Source: Hamiltosporidium tvaerminnensis FI-OER-3-3
Lineage: Eukaryota > Fungi > Microsporidia
Length of the DNA stretch: 64,000 bases
Reading direction: 5' to 3'
Assembly: GCA_022605425.2 (NCBI GenBank)
Contig: JAKIMF020000005.1
Location: 744,001 to 808,000, forward strand
In this document: positions 50,051-61,353 of the stretch, in pieces
How the letters are laid out: the number at the start of each line of letters is the position of its first letter
Position numbering within the stretch: the first letter of the stretch is position 1
Made by a program: the position numbers and the translations under genes
The notes under the pieces: generated by a model
Database searches by the model: none
What the model saw: the letters and a program-made list of their open reading frames with translations, nothing else
What the model was told of the DNA's origin: nothing

Positions 50051-52220
50051 GAGATCAAATTCATTCATTATGGTATCAGGTTTATTAAAAGCCTAAGCAT
50101 TTTTTCACTTAGAGTATTTTTATGATATGCAGTTAGCCAGAACTTGCCGCTGATTATGCACATGCTTTTTGCTCTTCAAAACACATTTCAATCCTGGATA
50201 TAGCAAAACACTGCTTCCCACATAGCCTAATATTCCTTTTATTTAGCCTTCTAGAAGAGGCACCAACACTTAAAAACATATTTTTTCTTACATTATAAAG
50301 CCTCGAATGAAGTTTACGTTTTTCTTTTTCGTTATTATAATTTTTCATATGGAGCAATTTCTAAATTCTTCTTGGTGACTTCTTCTTCAACTTATACTTC
50401 ACATTAAAAAGCTTTAATTAATGAAAGGCTTGTTTTATTAGCATTTTTTGCCTCCAGGATGGCTACTCGCCGATTCGATACTTCTCTACTTTTCAGAAAA
50501 TTCAATTATTGCAGAAGCAGTTGTTCGCTTCGCAATTCAACACTATTTAGGCCTCATCTCATATAAGTTCTGTTCTAGGAAGGTACAGACGCTCTTTATA
50601 TTCTATAACAAAAAAATTGTTTTGTATAAATAACTTGTGCTATTCAATTTTTAGCTTCTCCCTATATTTTGTCTTTAAAACTAGAACATCGTTTAAGATA
50701 TTTATGGACTCTTTTTTATAATAAAAATTATAATCTGTAGTAGTATTCAGCATTTTTAGAAAAAAGTCTAGCACAAAAGGTTATCATTTCTTACGCGTAT
50801 TCTTATTCCAAACATCAACCAAAATAATGTTATATCGAAAAAAAGTAACATAAAAAGACCAGTATTTGATATAAACTTTCGCGATGCGTAAAGTGAATTT
50901 TTTTCTATCTTATGTGGATTTTTTCTAAGTAAGCTTATTGAGATCTAATATGATATTTGCATCATTTTTGCGATATGCATTTTTGTGTTTAATTTTGGTT
51001 TTGTTTTTCCTTTTACTGCCACCGTTTTTTTTTTGAAAATTAGATAGTGTATAATTTAATTCTCTTTAATAGTTGAAATACACCAAATTTTGCTACTTTG
51101 GTCAAAAATATTTTTTCAGAAGCGAATCTTAATCTTAATAAATCAAATAGGAATTTTTATTTTACAAATAGTAGCAATCTGCAGAATATCTTTTTATAAT
51201 TCCTAAGACAAACCTTTTATTGTATGAAATAAAAAATATCGCAAAGGATTAAATATTTTAATTTAAGTCATAACTTTTATACAAAAAAAAATATAATAGA
51301 AATGATTTTTGTAGTATTTAAATAATCCTTGAATGTTTCGAAAAGAAATTTTTACTCAAAGTGACTTTTCACATATCTGGGCCTTGTAAAAAAATCGTTT
51401 ATATGCGTTTTTTTAGAGAAATATCTGGTTGAAGACATAAATCAATTTTTGTTCAACTTATTTTAAAGGAATCTGATCGTTTTTTTTCAAACTCTTTCTT
51501 CATAGTTAAGGAAAAAAAATTTCGTGATTTTGTTCGTGTCATTTTTTAGAAGATATTTTTTTCCACAATTTAAGGCCCTGGAAAACTTTCTTTTTTTAAT
51601 TTCAACCTTAACTCACAATAGCACTGGTTTATTTAATCCCAATCAAAAGTTTTTTTTAGCTTTTCAAAAATCTTTACTTTTAACGTTAAAATATTAGAGA
51701 ACTTTATGCGACATAAAACCCAATCTCATTTAACACGTGCGTTCAGTCGATTTTTGACTTCTACTAGTAATATATACTAAACAAAAAAATACTTGGCAGA
51801 AAATATGTAAATAATATTTTATTAAAGAAAGTAATAAAGGAAACTTAAAAAACTTGATAAAAAAATTAACGTTTTATGCTGTATATTATGATAATTTCTC
51901 ATATCCAGGCTCTGGGTTTTAAAAAGCCCGGGTTTATTAAATTACGAGAATAAATAAAACTACTTTTGAGAATATATAGCCCAACAGATATAAAAATACT
52001 TAATTCATTATTTAAAAACGAAGTTTTTAATGCAAAGAAACTTTACTTATAGATCAAAAAAAAATTGTTCGATTAAATTTATTAGACTTCATATATGCTT
52101 AAAAATAAAAAATTTATAGCAGTTTTAATTTAAATGCTTTCTAGAACCATTCCTACGTGAAATTATTTTTTGTTTGATTAAATACAACTGTTTTGCTGCT
52201 AGAAACCTCATTATAATCAG

Positions 52221-54620
52221 TTAGGCAAAGTTTAATTGAAACTCCGAATCAAGATAATTATTAATTTCGACTGATCTTTCTGCTCGAGCAGGTTTTGCAA
52301 ATTCAAGTATAGTTGTTCTGAAATCATTTCTTTTGAAGCCTTTAATTGTTTCATAATCAATTATGTCGCATGATATAGACAAAAATGCCGGATTTTTAAG
52401 TCTTTTGAAAAATTCGATATCTTTTTTTCGTATTCTACCGATATTAATAATCAGCGAAACAATTGTATCTAAGGAACCGTAATTTATAAATAGTTTCTCA
52501 AAATTCAAGCTTTCTACTCTATCAAGTAATCTGATAGATAGAACTTTAAGTTCTTTCATTTCATTAAGGAAATGATACTCCGCTTCTGAAATTCTATAAA
52601 CTTCGAAGGTTATTTTTGAAAGTCGAGGAAGTTCATATGTTTCAGATATAATGTTCAATATATTTGATAAATTGTCTTTTTCTAAGATGTTTATAATTTC
52701 TAGGCATTTCAAACATATTTTATTTTCATTTCTCTTCTTAGTTCGAAAAAAAAATTCATATACTTCTTTTAGATAATAAGCCTTATTATAATTTGTTTTC
52801 AAATTTATCAGTTTTAAACCAGTTACGCATTTAAACTTATCAAGAAAATCTAAAATTGGAGAATCTATATAAGATGGCGAATTTTTCAGAAGTAGGGTTT
52901 CTAGTTTTCGATTGACTGTATCACTATTTTTGAGTAAGTCAAAATTGTACTCACAAACAAAATTAGTGATTCCAAAAAATATAATTGTATTTGATTCCAA
53001 AATATATAGAAATAATTCCTTATTGATTAAAACATTATACAAAGAAAAATATTTGACTGCTTTGAAATACCTCAACGATATAATAGCAGAATTATCAAGT
53101 TCGAAAAGAGAGGAATTGTGTTTGAAGTTTAATATGATATTTTTGAAGTTTGAACAATCGAAAAAGATAATATTGTTTGGGAGACCTGTTCCTCTTGTAT
53201 GCATATATCTGTAAGAATAATAATAGAAAAATGGCATGTAATGTATAGGAATTTGCTTTGAATCCGATTCGTGTTCAAAATAATCTATATAAAATAGAAG
53301 ATTGCTTGGAATAAGTCTTAATAAAGCAATTTCTGTGTTTAATGATTCATAAATAGAACAAAAAATCTTGCAAATTGTGGTTTTATTTTTCATACTAAAT
53401 TCTACAAGCAATTTTAATTTTTCAAAATCTATAGTTTTAGCCACAAGTGTTATTCTTTGAAGTCCACTAAAAAAATTTAAAATGTCTTTTAATTCTTCTG
53501 TTTTGAAATCATATTTCAACTTGAATTCTTTTAATTTTGGTGAGAAAAGAGCCGCTTTTATACCCATAAATAACTTGATTGGGTTTTTAAAACAAAGAAT
53601 ATAAAGTTTTTTTGTATGCAATGTTACACTTTCAAAGAGTCTTATTGCCTTTTCACATATATCCTCACTAAGTAGAATTAGATAAAGAAGCTCTAGCCTT
53701 GTTATTTGAAGAATAAACCTCCAGGTTTTCCTTAAATGCTCAATATGTATCATCTTGTGTAGTTTTGTGATGTTTAAAGTGTCTAATCTTAAGAAAACTT
53801 TATCTTCAAATTTTTGTCTATGTGGACTATCATGTGAGAAAAATACTTTTGTAAAATTAATATTTAAATGAAACATATCCGATAAAACAATGATACGTTG
53901 CGCACTTTTATCGTTAAATGTTATTTGTTCAATAAAAAATATCAACATATCCATAAGAATAGAATTTTTTATGTGTTTATAATGATAACTTTTATAATAT
54001 TTTTCAATATCAAAAATAGTATTCGCATCTTTCATAGTAAAAATCATATTTCTTAATAATTCTTTTAAAAAATCGTTTCTTTTTTTGGTTTTCTTAATAT
54101 CTAATACAGTGATGATCGTTAAAATATCTAAAAATTCCCGAACTTTTATTTGATTAACAACAATATCTGGATTATCTATTAATTTAAGAAACAGAAGCAG
54201 TGAAGAATAAGAAATATCCCTAAAAATTATCTTAATATTTGCTTTTTTTGATTCAAATAACTGTTTTAAAATCCTCGAACTAAGTAGCATGTTATTCCTA
54301 TAAGGTATCCCCATAATGTTTGGATTATAATATCTTGGTTTCTGATTGTAAGATTCGAATCGTAAGATATTGTTTTTATAAACGATAATTTTATATTCTT
54401 CGTTGATCAATTCCTCGAAATATATTTCAGAATCGGTCATTTTCATGGGCAGATCGCTAATACTCAGGCCTGTAGTGTTATTTTCATCGTTTATAACAAC
54501 AAATTCTACATTAGTTACGTACACAGAACAAAAAACGTTTAATAGAATAAAGAAGCTAAAATGACATTTTTTTATGGCGAATTGTTTTTCAATGTCTTTG
54601 ACATATAAATCTTGTAACAT
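52221..54620 (-). CDS. Secreted BTB-like + LRR-like family protein, intact (799 aa)
   Basis: CCC motif before ATG (acaacccaaATG). Hydrophobic FSFFILLNVFC; BTB-like LLSSRILKQLF..IIFRDISYSSLLLFLKLI..FLDILTIITVLDI; C-terminal LxxLxL repeats. Confidence 0.85.
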   Translation of the reverse strand: MLQDLYVKDIEKQFAIKKCHFSFFILLNVFCSVYVTNVEFVVINDENNTTGLSISDLPMKMTDSEIYFEELINEEYKIIVYKNNILRFESYNQKPRYYNPNIMGIPYRNNMLLSSRILKQLFESKKANIKIIFRDISYSSLLLFLKLIDNPDIVVNQIKVREFLDILTIITVLDIKKTKKRNDFLKELLRNMIFTMKDANTIFDIEKYYKSYHYKHIKNSILMDMLIFFIEQITFNDKSAQRIIVLSDMFHLNINFTKVFFSHDSPHRQKFEDKVFLRLDTLNITKLHKMIHIEHLRKTWRFILQITRLELLYLILLSEDICEKAIRLFESVTLHTKKLYILCFKNPIKLFMGIKAALFSPKLKEFKLKYDFKTEELKDILNFFSGLQRITLVAKTIDFEKLKLLVEFSMKNKTTICKIFCSIYESLNTEIALLRLIPSNLLFYIDYFEHESDSKQIPIHYMPFFYYYSYRYMHTRGTGLPNNIIFFDCSNFKNIILNFKHNSSLFELDNSAIISLRYFKAVKYFSLYNVLINKELFLYILESNTIIFFGITNFVCEYNFDLLKNSDTVNRKLETLLLKNSPSYIDSPILDFLDKFKCVTGLKLINLKTNYNKAYYLKEVYEFFFRTKKRNENKICLKCLEIINILEKDNLSNILNIISETYELPRLSKITFEVYRISEAEYHFLNEMKELKVLSIRLLDRVESLNFEKLFINYGSLDTIVSLIINIGRIRKKDIEFFKRLKNPAFLSISCDIIDYETIKGFKRNDFRTTILEFAKPARAERSVEINNYLDSEFQLNFA

Positions 54621-54784
54621 TTGGGTTGTTTTTTAATAATTAATTAAATATATATGAAAATTAATTAATTTCAAGTTTTGAAATTATAATATCAATGTAA
54701 CTATTTAGTTAAAAATCATGTTTTTAACAAACAACTGGCATTGTTCGCATTGTATGTATGATATTAAAGCGGTTCGGGTTTAAA

Positions 54785-55600
54785 TAGATAGCTGCTTCTT
54801 GAACACTCTATCGGTATCCTCTGTGGTACATAAACCATGAAGCTTTTCGGTCAAGGGATATATAGAGCTCTTTTAATGAAAAGTGCAATGGCTAGATTTT
54901 TGTTGAAGCCCGCTGCCTGTTACGTAATTCTGGTGAAACCACGCTTAGCCCTCTAAGACCAGCAGCATCAAAACTTGCTCTACACTAACCAAACCGAGTA
55001 GACACCAAGCTAAGATATATTTCAAGAGTTTCACCTAGACATTGAAATGTCATACTGATAGTTTTAAATTGCGTACTTGTTCTGGTGCTCTTGTATTTCT
55101 CGATATTGCGGAAAACAGATGAATCGCCAACGTATTATTTTCCTGATCAATGTTCTAGCATTGTCTAGATCTACCACTTTGATGAAAAGTATTTAAAAAG
55201 TTAAACCATGGAAATTTTGAGCTCCCTTGTGGCCGTTTGTCTTCACATGTAGGAATAACTTGCCATTAACAATAATATATTTTAAAATAAAATGTTTTTT
55301 TGTACCTTTGCGGCCCATTTCGTCTAGCCTGAATGAGAAAAACTTGATTTCAATATTTTTACCATACAAGTACGCTTAAAAATAGACCGAAGTTTACAAT
55401 CTAATTACATAAAAACTAAAGCATAATCATTGAAAAAAAACTCTTCTCTTTCAGTCCTCGCTTTTTTATAAATTCTCTATCGGAGATAGGAAAATGTGAT
55501 GTAATTTTTCTCATATTAAAAGGCTAAAGTATGTTTTTTGTGTCTTTTACAATACTCATTGCCCTTCAGATATATTTTAATGTGGTTATTCTCTCTCCAG
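54785..55600 (-). repeat. Divergent copy C of repeat family R1
   Basis: Blocks acactctatcggtatcct, aagacc.gcagcatc, ctaagatatatttca, aaccatggaa and ttttaatgtggttat are collinear with copy B. Confidence 0.65.
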
Positions 55601-58247
55601 GTTTTACAAGATGATATCAAGAAATTATTTAATTATTGAAAGCATAGAATACAACCCGTGGAAATATGATACAATCGATGATATTCAAAAAAACATACAT
55701 CATTTTTTCTTAAAGCAATAGGGTTGGTTTTTTCGTTTCCCAAAAATATTTTTTAAGTATATATCCAGATTTTATTAAATGAAATGGTTTTAAATGGCAA
55801 ATGCCGTTTTGTAGGTCAAATTGGATCATTTACCACGATAAAAAAAAATATTCAATGTTATGATCCTTTTCCGACTTTGGCCTTAAAAATAAATCAAAAT
55901 CGAATTAAGAAAGTAAATTTAAGATAAAATAAGTTGAAGAAAAAAACGGATTAAACAAACTTGGCACGAAAAAAGATTATATTAACTTGGTATTGTTAAA
56001 ATCAAATCAAGTTAGTGTTAGTTACCCTAAGATTTATTTGTCAAAAATAATGAAAAAGCTCGATAGAAATCAATCCGGGCTTATAGACATAATTTTAAGA
56101 TTTAAAAATTTTCACAATGGAATAGCACATATGCAAATTGTCAAAGGTTTTAAAGCGATAGCAGACACAAAGTCTTAAATTTATACATTTGGTTCTCACG
56201 TATTATTTTATAGTTATCTTAATCTAGCAAAATGATCATAAAATATTTAAAAATATAAATATATCGTGAAAACTTCAAAATCAAATTTTTTCATACCAAA
56301 ATATCTCATTAATGTTTTTTCTGTGAATTCTAAGTAGATATATCGTTTATAAAAAAATCATTTTATTTTTAACCAATTTCATATATTAATCTGAATAAAT
56401 ATCATAAAACCTTTTTAAAAATAAACTTTTTATTTAGAATTTACAATTTACTTGGGTTTTTCGACTAAAAAAACTCGATATGCGTTTGTTTAGCAGAAAA
56501 AACGACATATTTACCAATGAAAGTACAATAAACGCTTCCTCGTAGATTCGTTGGAACATTTTTTACGAAATTTTAATTGTATATCTTAGTATTAATCTCT
56601 TTACGATTCAAAAAAAGGATTAGATGTAATGTTTCATATAGTACTAGAATAGACCCGGAACTAAATATTTTCTTAAATGTTTAGTTTCTCAAAGACAAAA
56701 TGCTGATATTTTGAAAAAACCCATGAAAAATTTAGAAAAATTGCGAATAAACTTATCTCTATGCGTCATACAAGAAATAATTTTGTTCTATAATTATATA
56801 ATAATTCCATCTTATATAGAACGAAGAAGAAATACTGCATTAGAATTGTAAATGAAGACAATTCTATTGTCAAAAGAACATAACCTGATAGATAAATTTG
56901 TTATATAACATCACAATACATTTGCTCGGCATATATACAAACTCTATAACAATATTTTAATAAATGTAGCATTATATTCTACCTATTTCTTTTTCCTCCC
57001 ATGCTCAATGGATTATAAATTCTGGTCAAATATTAACTATACCACTTATTTTTAGTATGCTATTTCAGTATTTCGACAAAAATTATGGACTTTCTTGAAT
57101 AGAAACTTGGAATGACGTGATCTTTTGCAACTCTATGAAGTTAAGAAATAGATGATCATTTTATAACAGTGTACAAAAGTATCAAATACTATGCACTGTG
57201 TCCTTTAAATTTTCATTTAATTAAATCGAAACACTATTGGATAGATTCAGATTTATTTTAAGGATAATTTATAATGGAATTTGATATTGATATGTGGCTT
57301 ATCGATACCAAAAAGCCCAAGTTTCCGCAAGACTTCGAACTTGAGTTTTTCGAATATTATACCAGATATTTTTAGGCTCATAAGACAAATTATATCAATG
57401 TCTCTATTCTTTTATAATTATAAATATAGCAATAATCAATATATTCATTTTCTTTATAACCTGGTTAATTTAATTACAATACATTGTAAATAAAACATAG
57501 CTGAAAGTTTCGATACAATTTGAAATTTAGATTGGATTTTAAATTGTATCTTACATAGTTGAACCTTTAGAACAAAAAAATAACAAGACAAGAGGACATA
57601 ATAAAATATTAATAAATTTCTCTACTATTCACAGCAATAATCGCTCAATCACATTTATCAAAATAATTATTCCGTAAAAATTAAGATTTGCGAATACATA
57701 AAATAATAAATTAACATATGGGTTTATTTCGGGAAAGAATTCAATCTAATATAAAGATCGTGCCGGAAAAGTTTTTCTTATTCTTTGTATAAATTATATG
57801 ATCTAAACCAAACATATTTTGTTTACCAAATTCTGTTGGATTTGAAGTACATTGTTTTTGTTATATTTTTGTACCAAAATTATTCCTTCTATGAGATCCA
57901 TGATACACAAAACTATTGAATTCTACTTAGTAATATTTTATAAAGATCAAATTAACTTTCTTCATTTTAGTTTGATAATTAAAATGGTCATTATTATTCA
58001 ATAGAAAAGTATTTATACATTTCATGGAAGATTTGAAGCAACAAATTATGTACCATTTTGTTTTCGAAGTTGAAATGTTTAATTTTTAATTTGACAATTA
58101 TATCATAAAATCCTTTTAATCTTTCCTTTATTTTGATAAATATATTTTAACCGAATTCAATTTTTTCTTAGATCAATTCGAAATTTATTTTTATCGTAAA
58201 TTAATTTCTTGGTACAATTTATATTTAGTAAATATTTTTGCTGTTAG

Positions 58248-60565
58248 ATGTGTGGAAATATTTTTAAACCGATGCTCCGTCTTTTACATTTAAATTTTAT
58301 GTTATTTTTGTGTTTATTGGCACTTAAGATAATATTAACTCAAAATACTATCGCAATACATTTTTATGAAGATGAAGGAGATAATTTGGTATGGAAAGGC
58401 ATAGATAGTTGTATTTATACTGAAAAATTTAGGAATTTTTCACTAGAAAAATGTAATTCTACAAATATAAGTTCAAATATCAAAATATTGAGAACTTTTA
58501 TAATTGATTTAGATTGTTTTATTTTGAAGTTTTTGAACGATGAAGAAATTCGACAGGGACGACAAAATAATATATTTGTTGATAATAGGCTAATAGATTC
58601 TGAAGATTTTGCATATTTCAATAAAACAGTAAATAGTATTCCATTTTTTAGTGACAATATAGACGAGAGTAAGTATTACATGATGTTTAAAATTATGAAT
58701 GTGTTTAGATTCATATATAACAAACATTTGGTTGATTTTATTCGAAATATATTGGTTTCTATGATATTGAATACCAATACAATTCGGAAGAATAAACATT
58801 TATTTAAAAAAACAGTCGCAATTTCATGCCCTGACTACTTTCCAAAAATAGTTATCGTTGAATTATTTAAATTGTATAAAATTGGAGTAAAAACACTTGA
58901 GAAGATTAAAGATATTTCGTGTGCAGTAAAAATCACAAAAGAGTTTACATAGATTTTTTGAATCTCAACGAAGAATATCTATTTCTTGATGCTGATGTTA
59001 TACAAGAAGTTATTAAAACAAATATAAAAGCCAATTGTTTCTTTCAGATGTTAGATATTATGTTCAATATTCAAATATTTAAACGTTTGTTCATGTATAA
59101 TATATCCTATACAGAAAAATTCAAATATTTTTTTAATTTATCATTATTCCAAAATCTTGATGAAATATTTTTATTGGAATGCACAAATACCGATAGTTTG
59201 ATTCGAACATTGTGTAAAACATGTGATTCGATTAGTGTTAAAACTTTATCAATTGTTTATTGTAAATTTACTGTACGTGATGAAATTTCATGGTTAAAAA
59301 AATTTAATTTTCAAAATATAAATTTTGTATTCGAAATTGATTTATCAGACTCGTATTTTAGCATTTCAAAATTAGAAGCGTCTATTAGTGACGTTTTCTT
59401 GGAATTAATAGATGAAGTCAATAATAAAGAAAACAAATTAAATTTCTTTGTACTTGATAGTAAGATTTCCTGCTTTGATCAAGAAAATTCATATATTCTT
59501 CATTTTTATCAACCAAAGAGTAAACTAAAATATTTTAAGATCCCTGAAGCCGCATTTAAAACATTTCTCTATATGGAATTACTCAATTCGTTTATAACCT
59601 TTACTTTTAATATGATGAATTTTGATAAATTAAAGAACATCATGATTGAGTTTAAAAATACAAATCTTGAAAATTTTAGCTTGCAGGAAACAGAAATATA
59701 TAATAATATTGTTAGAATGCATATTGTTGAATCCACAATAAATAATGTTTTTTTGTCAAAGATATTATTGCTTAAGTCTCTGATTAACATATTATTCTAT
59801 GCATGTAAGATTGTTTTTCCTAATGAAAAGGTAGCTTTTAAAGAAAATACAAATATTGTCAATTTTCATTTTGCTTGTTCGTTCTTTGAGGATCATAATT
59901 CTGGAATCGAGTTTTTAAATAAAATGTCTGCTATGAAAATATTAAAGGTTGTTTCTTACAACGGACATACAAATCCTTTTGCAATAGAGCCTAGTAATGA
60001 AATATTAAGACTAGATAATTTGGATTCTTTAGATTATTCGGTATCTTATGTTTTAAATGAACAATCACCGAGTTTTTCATTTATTCCGAGGCTCTTATAT
60101 CTAAATTTCGGTTTTAATTATCCGGAAAATTCTCTTTATAAAATATTTGGGAATAAAAATTTAAATTTTCTAAAAACCCTGAGATTTGACACCGTTATTA
60201 TTGGAAAAAAAGATAGACAGATGCTTGTGGAATATACGAATCTTTTACATTTGCGGTTTTCAGAAGGTTCTAAAATTTCCGGTATCTTATTCTCAGAACT
60301 TTTTGATTTGACTCGTACATATTCATTTACAGAATTAATACTTCCGAAAATAGAAATTACATATTGTGAATTACAATTTTTTTCTAGTCTTAAATCTCTG
60401 ATTAAATTATACATTCATGAGTTTACACTTGAAAAAGACATTTTATATTTCTTTAAAACATTCAATTTGGTTAAAAAAATTGAGATTGGAAATACCAAAA
60501 TTTTTAAGAATGAAACTCGTGAGGAAATCGGCGGTAGGCTTAAAAACAGAGCTGATAATATATAA
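58248..60565 (+). CDS. Secreted LRR-like family gene with a single -1 frame break at ~58910-58950 (pseudogene or sequencing error)
   Basis: Overlapping ORFs 58248-58952 and 58919-60565 join to ~770 aa. Signal peptide; FGFNYPENSLYKIF..LNFLKTL matches FGRNYPEGSLKNIF..LKKLKIL of the duplicated gene. Confidence 0.78.
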
Positions 60566-61131
60566 TAAAACTGTTTTTTTCATTGTTTTTTTACTCGATC
60601 TAATAAAGAAATAGACAAATCTATAAATATTTGCCCATGGAAGTATTTTTATGTTTTTTTAGCAATATTTTCACATTCTATTTGATTTTAAAGTTTAGAT
60701 GAAATTTTTTGGGTTAGTGTATCCAAAAAAATATTTATTCCTCATATCAAACAGCCTCTTCATCCTGGGCGCGCATATATGGACAGATTAAAGAAAATTG
60801 GTGTATCTTTATACACACTGGGATATTTCTATATATCCGTTTCAAATAAGATAATTATTTTATCAGGCTTACAGTTTTTTATCATCAAAGTAAATGTATT
60901 TGTACGTATTTCTCAACATTATCGAATCAATATATGTCTCTATCAAAACAGAAATTGCAAAAATTTTTTGATGGTTTTTAATAGTAGATTGTTATAAAAA
61001 TATAAAACCATCACATTTATATCTTTGAATTGACTATATTCATAACCTTACTGGTTTTTAATACATTTTAATATCTTTAATTTTCGATTTAAATTCTTCT
61101 AGCGGTTTTCTTAGGGGTATTCTGACTTCGA

Positions 61132-61353
61132 GAGCCAATGTTTTAGTAGTGAGGATATCGGAATTTACTTTCATCGGTCTGGGTTCGAATCCTAGTTGGT
61201 GTACTCATTATCTTTTGCTCGAAAAGATTGCGTGAGGCTGATAACCCAATTTGTCAAAAAAAAATATCTTTGGAACGTCTATAAGTGCAAAGCTATGATT
61301 CATTGCTGGATTTTGTTCCATCCTTAGAGAAGGTGCGAGCTATTAAATAGAAA
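61132..61353 (+). mobile_element. tRNA-derived SINE with RTE-like body and 13-bp TSD
   Basis: TSD ATTCTGACTTCGA at 61119-61131 and 61354-61366. A-box-like TTTTAGTAGTGAGG and perfect B box GGTTCGAATCC. Body GCGTGAGGCTGATAACCCA..AAAAAAA resembles the RTE 5'UTR motif. Confidence 0.82.

Noticed and set aside
55987-57493. Short ORFs of 60-75 aa here and at 60779-62935
   Set aside because: No motifs and compositionally like AT-rich intergenic DNA.
58910-58952. Short spliceosomal intron explaining the frame break
   Set aside because: No GTAAGT-like donor or branch point gives a frame-restoring length.
61134-61205. Functional tRNA gene
   Set aside because: The B box is perfect but the acceptor and anticodon stems pair poorly. 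The flanking TSD and RTE-like body indicate a SINE head.
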